Virus record (IMG/VR): IMGVR_UViG_3300035148_000256
Span: 1-41,232 of that record
Length of the DNA stretch: 41,232 nucleotides
DNA from: a virus
Taxonomy: Duplodnaviria; Caudoviricetes
Strand: one strand, 5' to 3'
Below the pieces are notes generated by a model, which searched no databases, was not told the origin of the DNA, and was given only the letters and a program-made list of their open reading frames with translations. Position numbers and translations under genes: made by a program. Shown piece after piece: positions 17,792 through 26,507 of the stretch; within the stretch, counting starts at the first letter, position 1; the number at the start of each line of letters is the position of its first letter.

Positions 17792-18490
17792 ATGAGCAGC
17801 ATCTACCTCGACATCGAAACCGCTCCGATCGACAACGCCGACCAGTTCATCGAAGAACCGGAGGCGCCGTCGAACTACAAAGACCCCGCCAAGATCGCGG
17901 CCTACATCGCGGAGGCCAAACAGATCGCGGTCGCCAAGTGCGCCCTCGACTTCGGGCTGCTGCGCATCGTGGCGATCGGCATCGGCCACTTCGATGAGCG
18001 CGGCGAGCCGATGGTGAACGGGCGCATCTGCAAGACCACGGACGGCGAGACCGCCGCGCTGGTGGAAGCGTGGGCGCGCTGCGAGGCCGCGTTCAAGGCG
18101 GGCGGCATGGTGGTCGGCTACAACCTCGCCAGCTTCGACATCCCGGCGATGATCACGCGGTCGTGGATCTTGGGTGTGCGGCCCGCGTTCGATGCGGTGC
18201 GTCGCTACGGCGACCCGCACGTGCTGGATCTGATGAGCGCGATCAGCTTCAACGATCCGACCCGCCGCAAGCGGCTCGCGTGGTGGGCGAAGCGCATGGG
18301 CTGGACGACCGACGACACGCACAGCGGCGCGGAGGTGCCTGCGCTGGTGGCCGCTGGTGACTGGAACGCGGTCGCGGATCACGTGACGTCCGATGTGCGC
18401 CTCACGATGCGGCTGCACCAGATGATCGGGGGCGGGCGCGTGGGCTGGAACACCGTCGCGCCCGAGCCGCTGCCGGATGATGTGCTGTGA
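17792..18490 (+). CDS. DEDD-type 3'-5' exonuclease (PolB-exo/RNase H-like)
   Basis: YLDIET, VGYNLASFDIP, LDLM and H..SDV motifs. Confidence 0.8.
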   Translation: MSSIYLDIETAPIDNADQFIEEPEAPSNYKDPAKIAAYIAEAKQIAVAKCALDFGLLRIVAIGIGHFDERGEPMVNGRICKTTDGETAALVEAWARCEAAFKAGGMVVGYNLASFDIPAMITRSWILGVRPAFDAVRRYGDPHVLDLMSAISFNDPTRRKRLAWWAKRMGWTTDDTHSGAEVPALVAAGDWNAVADHVTSDVRLTMRLHQMIGGGRVGWNTVAPEPLPDDVL

Positions 18491-18496
18491 TTGTGG

Positions 18497-18605
18497 GGTA
18501 GGATTTACCGGGCAGCGGGGAGGAGACGACGGCACCGTTGCGATGCTGAAGTCGCGCGATGACGAGTCGCGCTGTTTCCCGCTACCCGGTCGTGAAAATC
18601 CTACC
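18497..18605. ncRNA. Candidate structured RNA element (long stem closing a multibranch loop)
   Basis: 18497-18506 pairs with 18596-18605; 18507-18522 pairs with 18575-18590 (one mismatch); two inner hairpins. Confidence 0.4.
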
Positions 18606-18629
18606 AGTGAAGACGTGGGGTTGCAAACG

Positions 18630-18950
18630 ATGTGCGATAAGTGCCGACCGGCGCTGCAAATGATCGCGGTGAACCACGCCGAGCGCGACGAGATCCTCGC
18701 ACAGCCGGGGCAGTTCACCGACGCCGAGATGGATCTGGCGACCGAGCGCATCATGCGCAAGATCGCGGTGTGGTTTTCGGTCGATGTGCTGGCGGGCAAG
18801 CGCGAGCCGCAGCAGGTGGTCGTGGACTACGTGGAAGCGATCATCGCGGCCTACCGCAAGCAACACGATGTGCTGCTCGCGGTCGAGGCGGAAATTCAGA
18901 TCGGAGTGCCGCGCGCGTTGATGCCGCACGGCCCGACGCGCTTGCACTGA
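18630..18950 (+). CDS. Hypothetical protein (start uncertain: 18543 or 18630)
   Basis: Phage-like codon usage from about 18630 to the stop at 18950. Confidence 0.55.
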   Translation: MCDKCRPALQMIAVNHAERDEILAQPGQFTDAEMDLATERIMRKIAVWFSVDVLAGKREPQQVVVDYVEAIIAAYRKQHDVLLAVEAEIQIGVPRALMPHGPTRLH

Positions 18951-18970
18951 TCTGGATGAGCCTGTAGACT
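18942..18970 (+). promoter_or_regulatory. Promoter for the replication operon
   Basis: TTGCAC-17 nt-TAGACT. Confidence 0.55.
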
Positions 18971-18973
18971 GCG

Positions 18974-19014
18974 AAAACAAAGCGCCCGATCGGGAGGGAG
19001 TTCCGATCGGGCGC
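18974..19014 (-). terminator. Intrinsic terminator on the minus strand
   Basis: 12-bp stem GCGCCCGATCGG/CCGATCGGGCGC followed on the minus strand by TTTGTTTT. Confidence 0.6.
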
Positions 19015-19071
19015 GCAACCTGCGGGCGGCGCTGAGGGCGCCGTTGGTCCCGCACCATCGGGAGAGATCCG

Positions 19072-20232
19072 ATGTCGCCTGCAAGTGTACTGCGCCTGCT
19101 CGCGCGACGCAACGATCCACACGAACCGATCACGCTGCCGTGCCGCCGCGACGCGGCCACGCTCGACGTGCGCGTGTTCGACCACCTGCTGCACCGGCTG
19201 AAGCGCGGCTGCAACCTGCTGCGCACAACGACCGAGGAACTGTGCGACGCCACGGGCGCCTCGGAGCGCGCCGTGCGACGGTCGCTGGCACGGCTGGAGG
19301 CATCGCGCCTGATCGCTCGCCGCCCCAATCCGAACCCCAAGGGCGGTCGCCACAAGACGACGTTCGAGGTGGCGCGGTTGGCGTTGTCGCGTGACAACAG
19401 ATTGCCCTCGATTCAATTCGTGAGCCGAAGTTCCGAACCGGCCACTTCTGAAAACATCTGGCCGCTTCGATCCTTTGCTGTATTTTCTGATCTTGTATTA
19501 GTAGAACTTCGTTCTACTGGCGCGCACAAGCCGCGCCGTGGTCAATGCCTCGATTCCCACACCGGAGGACCGATGCCCGCCCACAAGCGCAACGCCCGCG
19601 TGGTGGAGATGCCGCTGTTTGGCGAGACGCGCGTGCGGTCGCAGATGCGCAAGACCAAGGCGGTGTCGCCGCTGCTCGCCGCCTACCGCGTCGAGTGGCG
19701 CGACGCCTACGCTGCCAAGTACCGCCAGCCCTACACGGCGCTGGCCCTCGGACGCGAGTTGCGCGACTACAAGCGGTTCATGGCGCTCGCGCCCGATCAG
19801 GCGGTGCGCCAGCGCATCATCGCGATCTACCTCGCCGACGATGACTCGTATCTGGTCGCCAACGGCCACGCGCTGCGGCTGATGCTGACCGAGCGGCGCT
19901 TGCGCCCGATGCTGGTGCAGGCCACCGAGGAGGTCGCCGAGCGCGTGCGCCGCGAACGCTACAAGCGCGAGACCGACTTCAACGAGCGGTGGATGGAGAC
20001 CGAGGAATACACCTACCTGAACAACCTGCGCAACCGCGAGCGCGACGAATGGCAGGAGCGCGCGAATCGCTGCCTGCGGGAGCGCGACTACACGGGCCAA
20101 GACAAGATGCTGGCCGAGTTGCGGCGCCACTACAACGACGCGAGCCAGCGCATTGACGAGGCGCGGCAGCGCGCATGGTTGCGCGAATACCCCGAGCCGA
20201 TGCATCATCCCGCAGCCGATCGCATCCACTGA
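19072..20232 (+). CDS. Putative replication initiator (N-terminal wHTH); possible internal start at 19573
   Basis: TTEELCDATGASERAVRRSLARLEASRLI HTH; lies upstream of DnaB; internal GGAGG-ATG at 19573. Confidence 0.65.
   Translation: MSPASVLRLLARRNDPHEPITLPCRRDAATLDVRVFDHLLHRLKRGCNLLRTTTEELCDATGASERAVRRSLARLEASRLIARRPNPNPKGGRHKTTFEVARLALSRDNRLPSIQFVSRSSEPATSENIWPLRSFAVFSDLVLVELRSTGAHKPRRGQCLDSHTGGPMPAHKRNARVVEMPLFGETRVRSQMRKTKAVSPLLAAYRVEWRDAYAAKYRQPYTALALGRELRDYKRFMALAPDQAVRQRIIAIYLADDDSYLVANGHALRLMLTERRLRPMLVQATEEVAERVRRERYKRETDFNERWMETEEYTYLNNLRNRERDEWQERANRCLRERDYTGQDKMLAELRRHYNDASQRIDEARQRAWLREYPEPMHHPAADRIH
19084..19112 (-). promoter_or_regulatory. Candidate antisense promoter
   Basis: Minus strand reads TTGCGT-17 nt-TACACT, pointing towards the minus-strand terminator. 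Confidence 0.4.
19400..19520. other. Candidate replication origin inside the initiator gene
   Basis: Locally AT-rich; AGTAGAAC-TTC-GTTCTACT inverted repeat at 19500-19518; GGCC(A/G)CTTC twice. Confidence 0.45.
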
Positions 20233-20255
20233 CGACCGCCCATGAGGAGACGACG

Positions 20256-21653
20256 ATGACCGACGACGACATGATCGTGGACGAGATGTTCTACGAGCCA
20301 GCCGATCGCGAGGAGGCGCCGCTGGCGATCCCGTTTGAGTCGGCGCCCCGGCTGGTGGAGGTGAGGCCGCGTCGCCGACCGCGCGCGGCAGAACCGGCGC
20401 CGCTGCGGGATCTGGTAGCCGAGCGCGGCGTCTTGGGGCGCGCGTTCTGGCAACCCGAGGAACACTTCGCGGATGTGGCCGCGATGCTGACCCCGGCGAT
20501 GTTCTGGCTTCCCGAACACGCGGCGCTCTACGACCTGATGCTCGCGCGCTACCACCGCAACGAGCCGATCGACCTGCTGGCGATTGCCAACTATCTGCAA
20601 CAGTACGACGCGCCGCTCTACGCGAAGCTTGGCGAGCGCGCGGGGCTGGTGCGGCTCTCGGACGAATACTTCAAGGGCGTCAACTGGCAGGACTACGCGC
20701 GGTCGGTGCGCGATCACTGGCGCCTGCGCCGCGTGGAAACCGTGGGGCGCGACGTGGTGGATCTGGCCTACAGCGGCGCGACCGCTGATGAAGCCGAAGC
20801 CGCCGCGCTCGCGCACATGGCCCGCATCGAGGTCGCCAGCAAGGACCGCAGCGTCGCCGACGCGCTGATGGCGCGGTTGGATGTGCAGACCGCCACACCG
20901 CGCGTCAAGACCGGCCTGCCGCAGTTCGACATCGACATTCTGCACGGCGGGTTGCGCACGGGCTACTACGTGCTGGCCGGTCGCACCAGCGAGGGCAAGA
21001 GCGCGCTGATGGTGACCATGTTGGAGAACATGATCTTCCAGCAGAACAAGTCGGCGCTGGTGGTCAGCGTCGAGATGAGCGAGGAGTCGATCGGCCTGCG
21101 GCTGGCGGCGGTGCATACCGGCAAGAACGCGTCGCGGCTGATCAATGGCGACGCCACAACCTACAGCACCGAGGAGCGCATCGCGGTGTCGCGCGTGGTC
21201 GAGGCGCTGCGCGCGTCGCGCTTCCACGTGGTGCCGCGCCCGATGAAGCCGAGCCAGATCCGCGCGTTGGCGAGTCAGATCCAGCGGCAGCATGGCCTCG
21301 ACGTCGTGTTCGTGGACTACCTGCAACGCCTGCATCCCGATCGCGCGATGAACAACCGCGTGGTCGAGGTCGGCATGATCTCCGGGGCGATGAAGGTGAT
21401 GAGCGAGGAACTCCAAGTGCCGGTGATCGCGCTGGCGCAGTTGTCGCGCGCAGCGGTCGGTCGCGAGAAGCCGGGGCTGCACCACCTGCGCGAATCTGGC
21501 GACATCGAGCAGGATGCCGATCAGGTGTGGCTCTTGTCGCGCACGGAATCCGAGGCGCTGTTTGACGTGGCGAAGAACCGCAACGGCAAGATCGCGGAAA
21601 TCCCGCTGGTGTTTGAACGCGACCAGATGCGCTTCAAGGAGCGCGGTTACTAG
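20256..21653 (+). CDS. dnaB: DnaB-like replicative helicase
   Basis: AGRTSEGKS, SVEMS, VDYLQ, LAQLSR, LRESGDIEQDAD and KNRNG motifs. Confidence 0.92.
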   Translation: MTDDDMIVDEMFYEPADREEAPLAIPFESAPRLVEVRPRRRPRAAEPAPLRDLVAERGVLGRAFWQPEEHFADVAAMLTPAMFWLPEHAALYDLMLARYHRNEPIDLLAIANYLQQYDAPLYAKLGERAGLVRLSDEYFKGVNWQDYARSVRDHWRLRRVETVGRDVVDLAYSGATADEAEAAALAHMARIEVASKDRSVADALMARLDVQTATPRVKTGLPQFDIDILHGGLRTGYYVLAGRTSEGKSALMVTMLENMIFQQNKSALVVSVEMSEESIGLRLAAVHTGKNASRLINGDATTYSTEERIAVSRVVEALRASRFHVVPRPMKPSQIRALASQIQRQHGLDVVFVDYLQRLHPDRAMNNRVVEVGMISGAMKVMSEELQVPVIALAQLSRAAVGREKPGLHHLRESGDIEQDADQVWLLSRTESEALFDVAKNRNGKIAEIPLVFERDQMRFKERGY

Positions 21654-21666
21654 GAAGGAGACGACG

Positions 21667-21900
21667 ATGCCTGACTTCGAAGTGGTGTGGAACGGATCGA
21701 TGCGGCACGCCTACCTGCTGCCCGACCGCGCCGAGCGCGTGGACTGCCGGTTCGACACGATGCCGAACCCGGTGATGGAGTGGGACGACCGCAAGCGGCA
21801 GCGGGCGGCGGCGCGCAGGGCGGTGCGGTTCACGCACCACCGGCTGCTGAGTGGCTGCAAGGCCGACCGGATCGCGCGGATGCGCGGGGGGCGGGCGTGA
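21667..21900 (+). CDS. Hypothetical protein
   Basis: GGAGACGACGATG start. Confidence 0.6.
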   Translation: MPDFEVVWNGSMRHAYLLPDRAERVDCRFDTMPNPVMEWDDRKRQRAAARRAVRFTHHRLLSGCKADRIARMRGGRA

Positions 21901-22175
21901 GGGGCGCGCCGGGGTGCTACCCTGCCGGGGGCGCCAGCGCCCGCAGGAGGCCCGAGCCTGCGGCGGGGTATCCAAGCCTAGCCGGGGCCGTGAACGGGGC
22001 GCAGGGGCGGTTCTGGCGCGGCGTCGGCCTGCTTCTGGCCCGCATGGAGGGGCTGGCGGCGGATCGGCGGGCGAAGGAGAGAGCGAAGGTGGTAGAGGCG
22101 GGGCGGCTGGCCGCACGGTCGCGGTTGCGTGACGCGCGCGGGCGGTTCGTTGGTCGCCAATCGCGGCTGTGGTAG
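21897..22175 (+). CDS. Basic hypothetical protein (RDARGRF motif)
   Basis: GTGA overlap; low complexity. Confidence 0.35.
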   Translation: MRGAPGCYPAGGASARRRPEPAAGYPSLAGAVNGAQGRFWRGVGLLLARMEGLAADRRAKERAKVVEAGRLAARSRLRDARGRFVGRQSRLW

Positions 22176-22268
22176 CATGCGGCCCGACCGTCGCTCCAAC
22201 GAGTGACATGGGATTGGCGCTCACTGCTTTCCGGCAACGGGGGCGACGGTCGTCTTCATCGAGGGGCC

Positions 22269-22574
22269 GTGGCTGATCACCGTCGCATCGGCAAACGCAA
22301 TCGGGCGAGCGGCGTCCGCGCCGAATACCGCGCGCGGGATTGGCTGCGCGCGGTCGGGTTCTACGTGGTGCGCGCCGCAGGCTCGCATGGCGCCTTCGAT
22401 CTGGTCGCGTTCAACGCGCACAGCATCCGGTTGATCAGCACCAAGCGCGGCGGCGCGACGTTGTCGCCGACCGAACGCGCGGCGCTGCTCGCCATCCCAG
22501 TTCCCCCGAACGCTACGCGCGAATACTGGCGCGTGCGACCGCGTGCCAGCGCGCCTGAAATCGAATTCCTCTAG
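22269..22574 (+). CDS. Hjc-type (PD-D/ExK) Holliday junction resolvase-like nuclease
   Basis: G..AEYRARDWL...GFYVVRAAGSHGAFDLVA......LISTK; start uncertain. Confidence 0.75.
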   Translation: MADHRRIGKRNRASGVRAEYRARDWLRAVGFYVVRAAGSHGAFDLVAFNAHSIRLISTKRGGATLSPTERAALLAIPVPPNATREYWRVRPRASAPEIEFL

Positions 22575-22595
22575 CTGGCGAATCGCCGTTCAATC

Positions 22596-22604
22596 TGATA
22601 TACT
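22596..22604 (+). promoter_or_regulatory. Extended -10 promoter element
   Basis: Intergenic TGATATACT upstream of a GGAGACGAC start. Confidence 0.45.
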
Positions 22605-22625
22605 CCGCATCGGAGACGACGACGC

Positions 22626-22988
22626 ATGAAGTTCCCGAAGCCACCAAAGCGGCTCCTGCGGCGCCTTGCATTGAAGCGCGCCACCGCTGCTGCGCGCAAA
22701 CGCTGTCGCGTGGTGGTGCTGGCCCGCGACGGCTATCGCTGCCGGTATTGCAACGCCTACGTCGGGGCGCGCGGCCACGTGCATGAGATCGTGTTCCGAT
22801 CGCGCGGCGGATCGCCGGTCGAGCCAACGAACTGCGTCACGCTCTGCGCTGAACACCACGAAGCGGTGCAGCGGCACCGCATCATCATCACCGCCGAGGA
22901 CGCCATCGCGGGCGCCAACGGCACGCTCGTCTTCACCAACGCACAGGAGGCATCATGCCGCGTAAAGTCAGCGACCGAGAGCGCGTGA
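22626..22988 (+). CDS. HNH endonuclease
   Basis: RDGYRCRYC...HVHEIVFRSRGG....NCVTLCAEHH. Confidence 0.85.
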   Translation: MKFPKPPKRLLRRLALKRATAAARKRCRVVVLARDGYRCRYCNAYVGARGHVHEIVFRSRGGSPVEPTNCVTLCAEHHEAVQRHRIIITAEDAIAGANGTLVFTNAQEASCRVKSATESA

Positions 22989-23143
22989 TCGAGTACTTCG
23001 CCAGCGGGGATCTGGCGCAGGTGATCATCATGCTGGACACCGTCAAGGCCATCGTGCGCGGTCGGCAGCGCGCCGATACGCCCGAGCGTGCGCGCGTGGT
23101 GCGCCCGAGGCGCGTCGCTGCTGCTGCCCCGGTGACGGAGTAG
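22955..23143 (+). CDS. Hypothetical protein
   Basis: AGGAGG RBS. Confidence 0.6.
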   Translation: MPRKVSDRERVIEYFASGDLAQVIIMLDTVKAIVRGRQRADTPERARVVRPRRVAAAAPVTE

Positions 23144-23146
23144 CCG

Positions 23147-24250
23147 ATGCCACGCACGATCAGTGTGCCGCCGCCGACCCCGCTGCCCGATGCCGTGATC
23201 GTCGCCGCCCGATCAGGTGATGATGGATTCGTGGTCACCGCGCAGGGGTTGACCGTCGAAGGCACGCCATCGTTCGATCAGTGGGCGCGCTTCGGCGAGA
23301 CCTTGCGACGAATGGGCGTGGCGTTGTCGTGGGCGGTGGGCGACTGGCTGGTCTATGGCGAAGGCCGTGGCGATTGGGGCGAGCGGTACGCGCAGGCGCT
23401 CGACGCGCGGGTGATGACCTACGAGTCGCTGCGCGTGGCCGCGCACGTGTCGAGCCGGTTCGCGCACGCGGCGCGCCACCGCAACCTGTCGTGGTCGCAT
23501 CACAAGGCGGTGGCGAAGTTCCCGTCCGATGCCGCCGAGCGCCTGCTGAACTTGGCCGAGACGCACAACTGGTCGGTCGCCGAACTGCGCGAGCAGGCGC
23601 GCATCGTGGAGGAGGCCGAGCGCATCACGTTCCACGAATTCCCGATCGGCACCTACGGGCTGATCTTCGCCGATGTGCCGTGGACGCGGCTCGACCAACC
23701 GGCGCTCCTTGACATGGCCGATCGCGTGCGCACGCTGGCCGCGACCGACTGCGTGCTGGCGCTGTGGGCGCCCGATGCGAAGGTCGCCGCCGCGCTGGAG
23801 GTGATCACCGCGTGGGGCTTCACCTACCGGACGAGCGCCGTGTGGATCAAGGATCTGCCGCAGACGGGGCGCTACTTCCGATCGCGCCATGAATGGTTGC
23901 TGCTCGCGGGCCGTGGCAACGCGCCGATGCCCGCTGAAGATTTGCGACCGGATTCCGTCTTCGAGGTGCCTGATCCGACCACGGGGCGCAAGCCGGATCG
24001 GATCTACGAGATCATCGAAGAGATGTTCCCGCGCATCCCGCGCGTGGAGTTATTCGCAACGAGAGGAGCGCGACCCGGATGGCACATCCCACAACACGGT
24101 CCCGTCGCACGCCCCGTCGCCGCCACGCCCGACGTCGTATCAGCGAGCGTTCTCGATGCTACGGTTGCCAGCACGACGACGACCACCACGCCGAACGCGA
24201 TGCGCCGCGCCGCCCGACGCCTAGCGTCGAGCGTTACCGGCCAGCCGTGA
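23147..24250 (+). CDS. LmbU-like domain fused to an MT-A70-family adenine methyltransferase
   Basis: WAVGDWLVYGE...LSWSHH..VA (LmbU-like); IFADVPW, WGFTYRT..VWIK, HEWLLL, RKPD and ELFA (MT-A70). Confidence 0.78.
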   Translation: MPRTISVPPPTPLPDAVIVAARSGDDGFVVTAQGLTVEGTPSFDQWARFGETLRRMGVALSWAVGDWLVYGEGRGDWGERYAQALDARVMTYESLRVAAHVSSRFAHAARHRNLSWSHHKAVAKFPSDAAERLLNLAETHNWSVAELREQARIVEEAERITFHEFPIGTYGLIFADVPWTRLDQPALLDMADRVRTLAATDCVLALWAPDAKVAAALEVITAWGFTYRTSAVWIKDLPQTGRYFRSRHEWLLLAGRGNAPMPAEDLRPDSVFEVPDPTTGRKPDRIYEIIEEMFPRIPRVELFATRGARPGWHIPQHGPVARPVAATPDVVSASVLDATVASTTTTTTPNAMRRAARRLASSVTGQP

Positions 24251-24426
24251 TGTTCTACGATGCGACCGATCGCGACGATGGGTCGCTCACGCGGCACGAC
24301 ATCTGGCGCACCTTGATGGCGACGCCTGATCTAGCGAACTCGCCACGCCGCCTCGATCGCCTGCGCGCATCGTGGCGCGTTGTCGTGGAGCGCCTGTGGC
24401 ACGACAAGCAGGAGGTGGGTCCATGA
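24250..24426 (+). CDS. Hypothetical protein
   Basis: TGATG and ATGA overlaps. Confidence 0.5.
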   Translation: MFYDATDRDDGSLTRHDIWRTLMATPDLANSPRRLDRLRASWRVVVERLWHDKQEVGP

Positions 24427-24677
24427 AGCAGCGGGGGATTCGCGCCATGCTGGATGATCTGGTGCGCCTCTACAATGAGCGCAAGGAGATCCGGCTACTG
24501 GCCCGCAGTGTGGGCCACTGCGAGCGCAATCTGGTGGAGGCCGTGCGCAGCATGGCCGAGCAAATCCACAGCGACCAGCGCCGGTTGACGGCGCTTGATG
24601 CGATGATCACGCACGAGACGTTGTCACGCGACAACAAAGCCAAGGACGCGCAGCCGCCGACCGTGGCCGCGCACTGA
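24423..24677 (+). CDS. Hypothetical coiled-coil protein
   Basis: AGGAGG RBS. Confidence 0.6.
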   Translation: MKQRGIRAMLDDLVRLYNERKEIRLLARSVGHCERNLVEAVRSMAEQIHSDQRRLTALDAMITHETLSRDNKAKDAQPPTVAAH

Positions 24678-24690
24678 CAAGCAGGACGCC

Positions 24691-25938
24691 ATGCCGCGAC
24701 GACGATCACGACCGGGCGAGGTGCCGACTGTGTGGCGCAACCGCATCGTCGGCTACGGATCGGAAGCCCCCGACCAGCTACTCGCCAACCCCGACAACCC
24801 GCGCATCCATCCGGGGCCGCAGCAGGAGGCGTTGATCGGGTTGCTGGCCGACGTCGGCATCGTGCAGAACATCATCGTCAATAAGCGCACCAGCGAGGAG
24901 TGGCCGGTCGGCGAGCGCGGCGTGGAGACGCTGGTGGATGGTCACCTGCGCGTGAAGGCGGCACTCAGCGAGGGGCAGGCGACGATCCCGGTCACCTATG
25001 TCGATCTGACGCCGCGCGAAGAGCGGCTGGTGCTGGCGTTGCTGGACCCGATCACGGGGCTGGCCGCGACCGACCCCGCGATGATGCAGGCGCTTCTCGA
25101 TCGGGTGCAGACGGGGCAGGCGTCCTTGCAAGGGCTGCTCGATTCGCTGCGCGAGGCGTCGCCGAACCCGCACAGCGGTCGCACTGATCCCGACGCGATG
25201 CCGGAGGCGCGCGAGACGAACATCCGGCGCGGCGATCTGTTCAAACTTGGCGACCACTGGCTGCTCTGCGGCGACACGACCAACGCCACCGACGTCGCGC
25301 GCCTCATGCGCGGCGCCGTGGGCCACTGCATCTTCACCGACCCGCCCTACGGCGTGAACTACGACGGCGGGGCCACGCGGCGGTCCACGCTCGCCAACGA
25401 TCATGTCGGCACGAACATCTACGCGGAGTCGCTGCCGAACTTGGCGCGCGTGGTCGATGCGAAGGCGGCGCTGTATCTGTGGCACGCCGATGGGCTGGTG
25501 GCCGCGACCGCCGCGATCGCGTCGGGCTACGAAATCACCGCGCAAATCGTGTGGGCGAAGAACCACGCGCAGTTCGTCACCGCTGCGCACTACAAGGGCA
25601 AGCACGAATCCTGCTACTACGCACACAAGCGCGGCCACGCCGCACGCTGGCACGGGCAGAACAACGAGGTCACGTTGTGGGAGTGCGACCGCAGCGCGCG
25701 GAACGATTTCCATCCCACGCAGAAGCCGGTCGAGTTGGCCGAGCGCGCGATCTCCAATAGCACGGTCACGGGGCAGGTGGTGGTCGATGGCTTCTGCGGG
25801 GGAGGCACGACGCTGATCGCGTGCGAGCGGTTGGGCCGCAAGTGCTACACGATCGAAATCGAGCCGAGCTACGTGCAGGTCACGATCGACCGATGGGAAG
25901 CGTTCACGGGCAGGCGCGCCGAGAAGGTGGAGGACTAG
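24691..25938 (+). CDS. ParB-like N-terminus + N6A/N4C DNA methyltransferase (beta class)
   Basis: NPDNPRIH and VDGHLR; then TDPPYG, HPTQKP and DGFCGGGTT. Confidence 0.9.
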   Translation: MPRRRSRPGEVPTVWRNRIVGYGSEAPDQLLANPDNPRIHPGPQQEALIGLLADVGIVQNIIVNKRTSEEWPVGERGVETLVDGHLRVKAALSEGQATIPVTYVDLTPREERLVLALLDPITGLAATDPAMMQALLDRVQTGQASLQGLLDSLREASPNPHSGRTDPDAMPEARETNIRRGDLFKLGDHWLLCGDTTNATDVARLMRGAVGHCIFTDPPYGVNYDGGATRRSTLANDHVGTNIYAESLPNLARVVDAKAALYLWHADGLVAATAAIASGYEITAQIVWAKNHAQFVTAAHYKGKHESCYYAHKRGHAARWHGQNNEVTLWECDRSARNDFHPTQKPVELAERAISNSTVTGQVVVDGFCGGGTTLIACERLGRKCYTIEIEPSYVQVTIDRWEAFTGRRAEKVED

Positions 25939-25939
25939 A

Positions 25940-26176
25940 ATGGCGATCCAGATTGCGCGCAACGATCGGTCGTGTTTCGAGTGCGCGTTCTACGCTGGCC
26001 TCGTAGACAACACCAACGGCGAGGGCGCCTGCGTGCGCCATGCGCCGCGTCCGTATTTGGTGCGCGGTGACGAGGATCATCGTTCCGAAGAATATGCGTC
26101 GTGGCCGATCGTTGCGGACGACGACTGGTGCGGCGAGTTCGTTCGGAACCCAAACGTCGGGCCGAGTAAGGAGTGA
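25940..26176 (+). CDS. Small Cys-rich protein
   Basis: CFEC..GAC.RHAP...WP.V...DWCGEF, a common phage pattern. Confidence 0.65.
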   Translation: MAIQIARNDRSCFECAFYAGLVDNTNGEGACVRHAPRPYLVRGDEDHRSEEYASWPIVADDDWCGEFVRNPNVGPSKE

Positions 26177-26178
26177 TT

Positions 26179-26340
26179 ATGGGATGGGCGGCACGCGCGA
26201 ACCCCGAGTCGCGGTGGAACAAGCCGGTGCAGATGCCGAAGATCGTCAAGCGCCGATCGTTCCTCGCGCTCAACTTCACGCTCGATCAGGGCAAACCGAT
26301 GTGGCGACCGCCGACCAAGACGAAGCGGCGCAAACGGTAG
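26179..26340 (+). CDS. Small basic protein (53 aa, MGWAARAN...)
   Basis: AAGGAG RBS; translated by hand, below the ORF-track cutoff. Confidence 0.45.
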   Translation: MGWAARANPESRWNKPVQMPKIVKRRSFLALNFTLDQGKPMWRPPTKTKRRKR

Positions 26341-26507
26341 CGTGCTGGTCGTGCGCGCACCAGCAGATCGGGGGCGTGACGTTCCTCGGCTTCTGCCGCT
26401 GGTTTGAGACGCGCGGCGAACCCAAGAAGGAGATCCCCGGTCGCGTGGTCGATGTAGGCTGCACGCAGTGGAGGAGACGAGACGATGACCGGCAAGCTGT
26501 TCGATGA
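26301..26507 (+). CDS. Small Cys-rich protein
   Basis: CWSCAH...GFC...GC; start uncertain. Confidence 0.4.
   Translation: MATADQDEAAQTVACWSCAHQQIGGVTFLGFCRWFETRGEPKKEIPGRVVDVGCTQWRRRDDDRQAVR

Noticed and set aside
18540-18600. Hammerhead ribozyme or known riboswitch in the structured element
   Set aside because: CTGAAG, TGACGAG and GAAA fragments are present but not in the required stem arrangement; no riboswitch consensus recognised.
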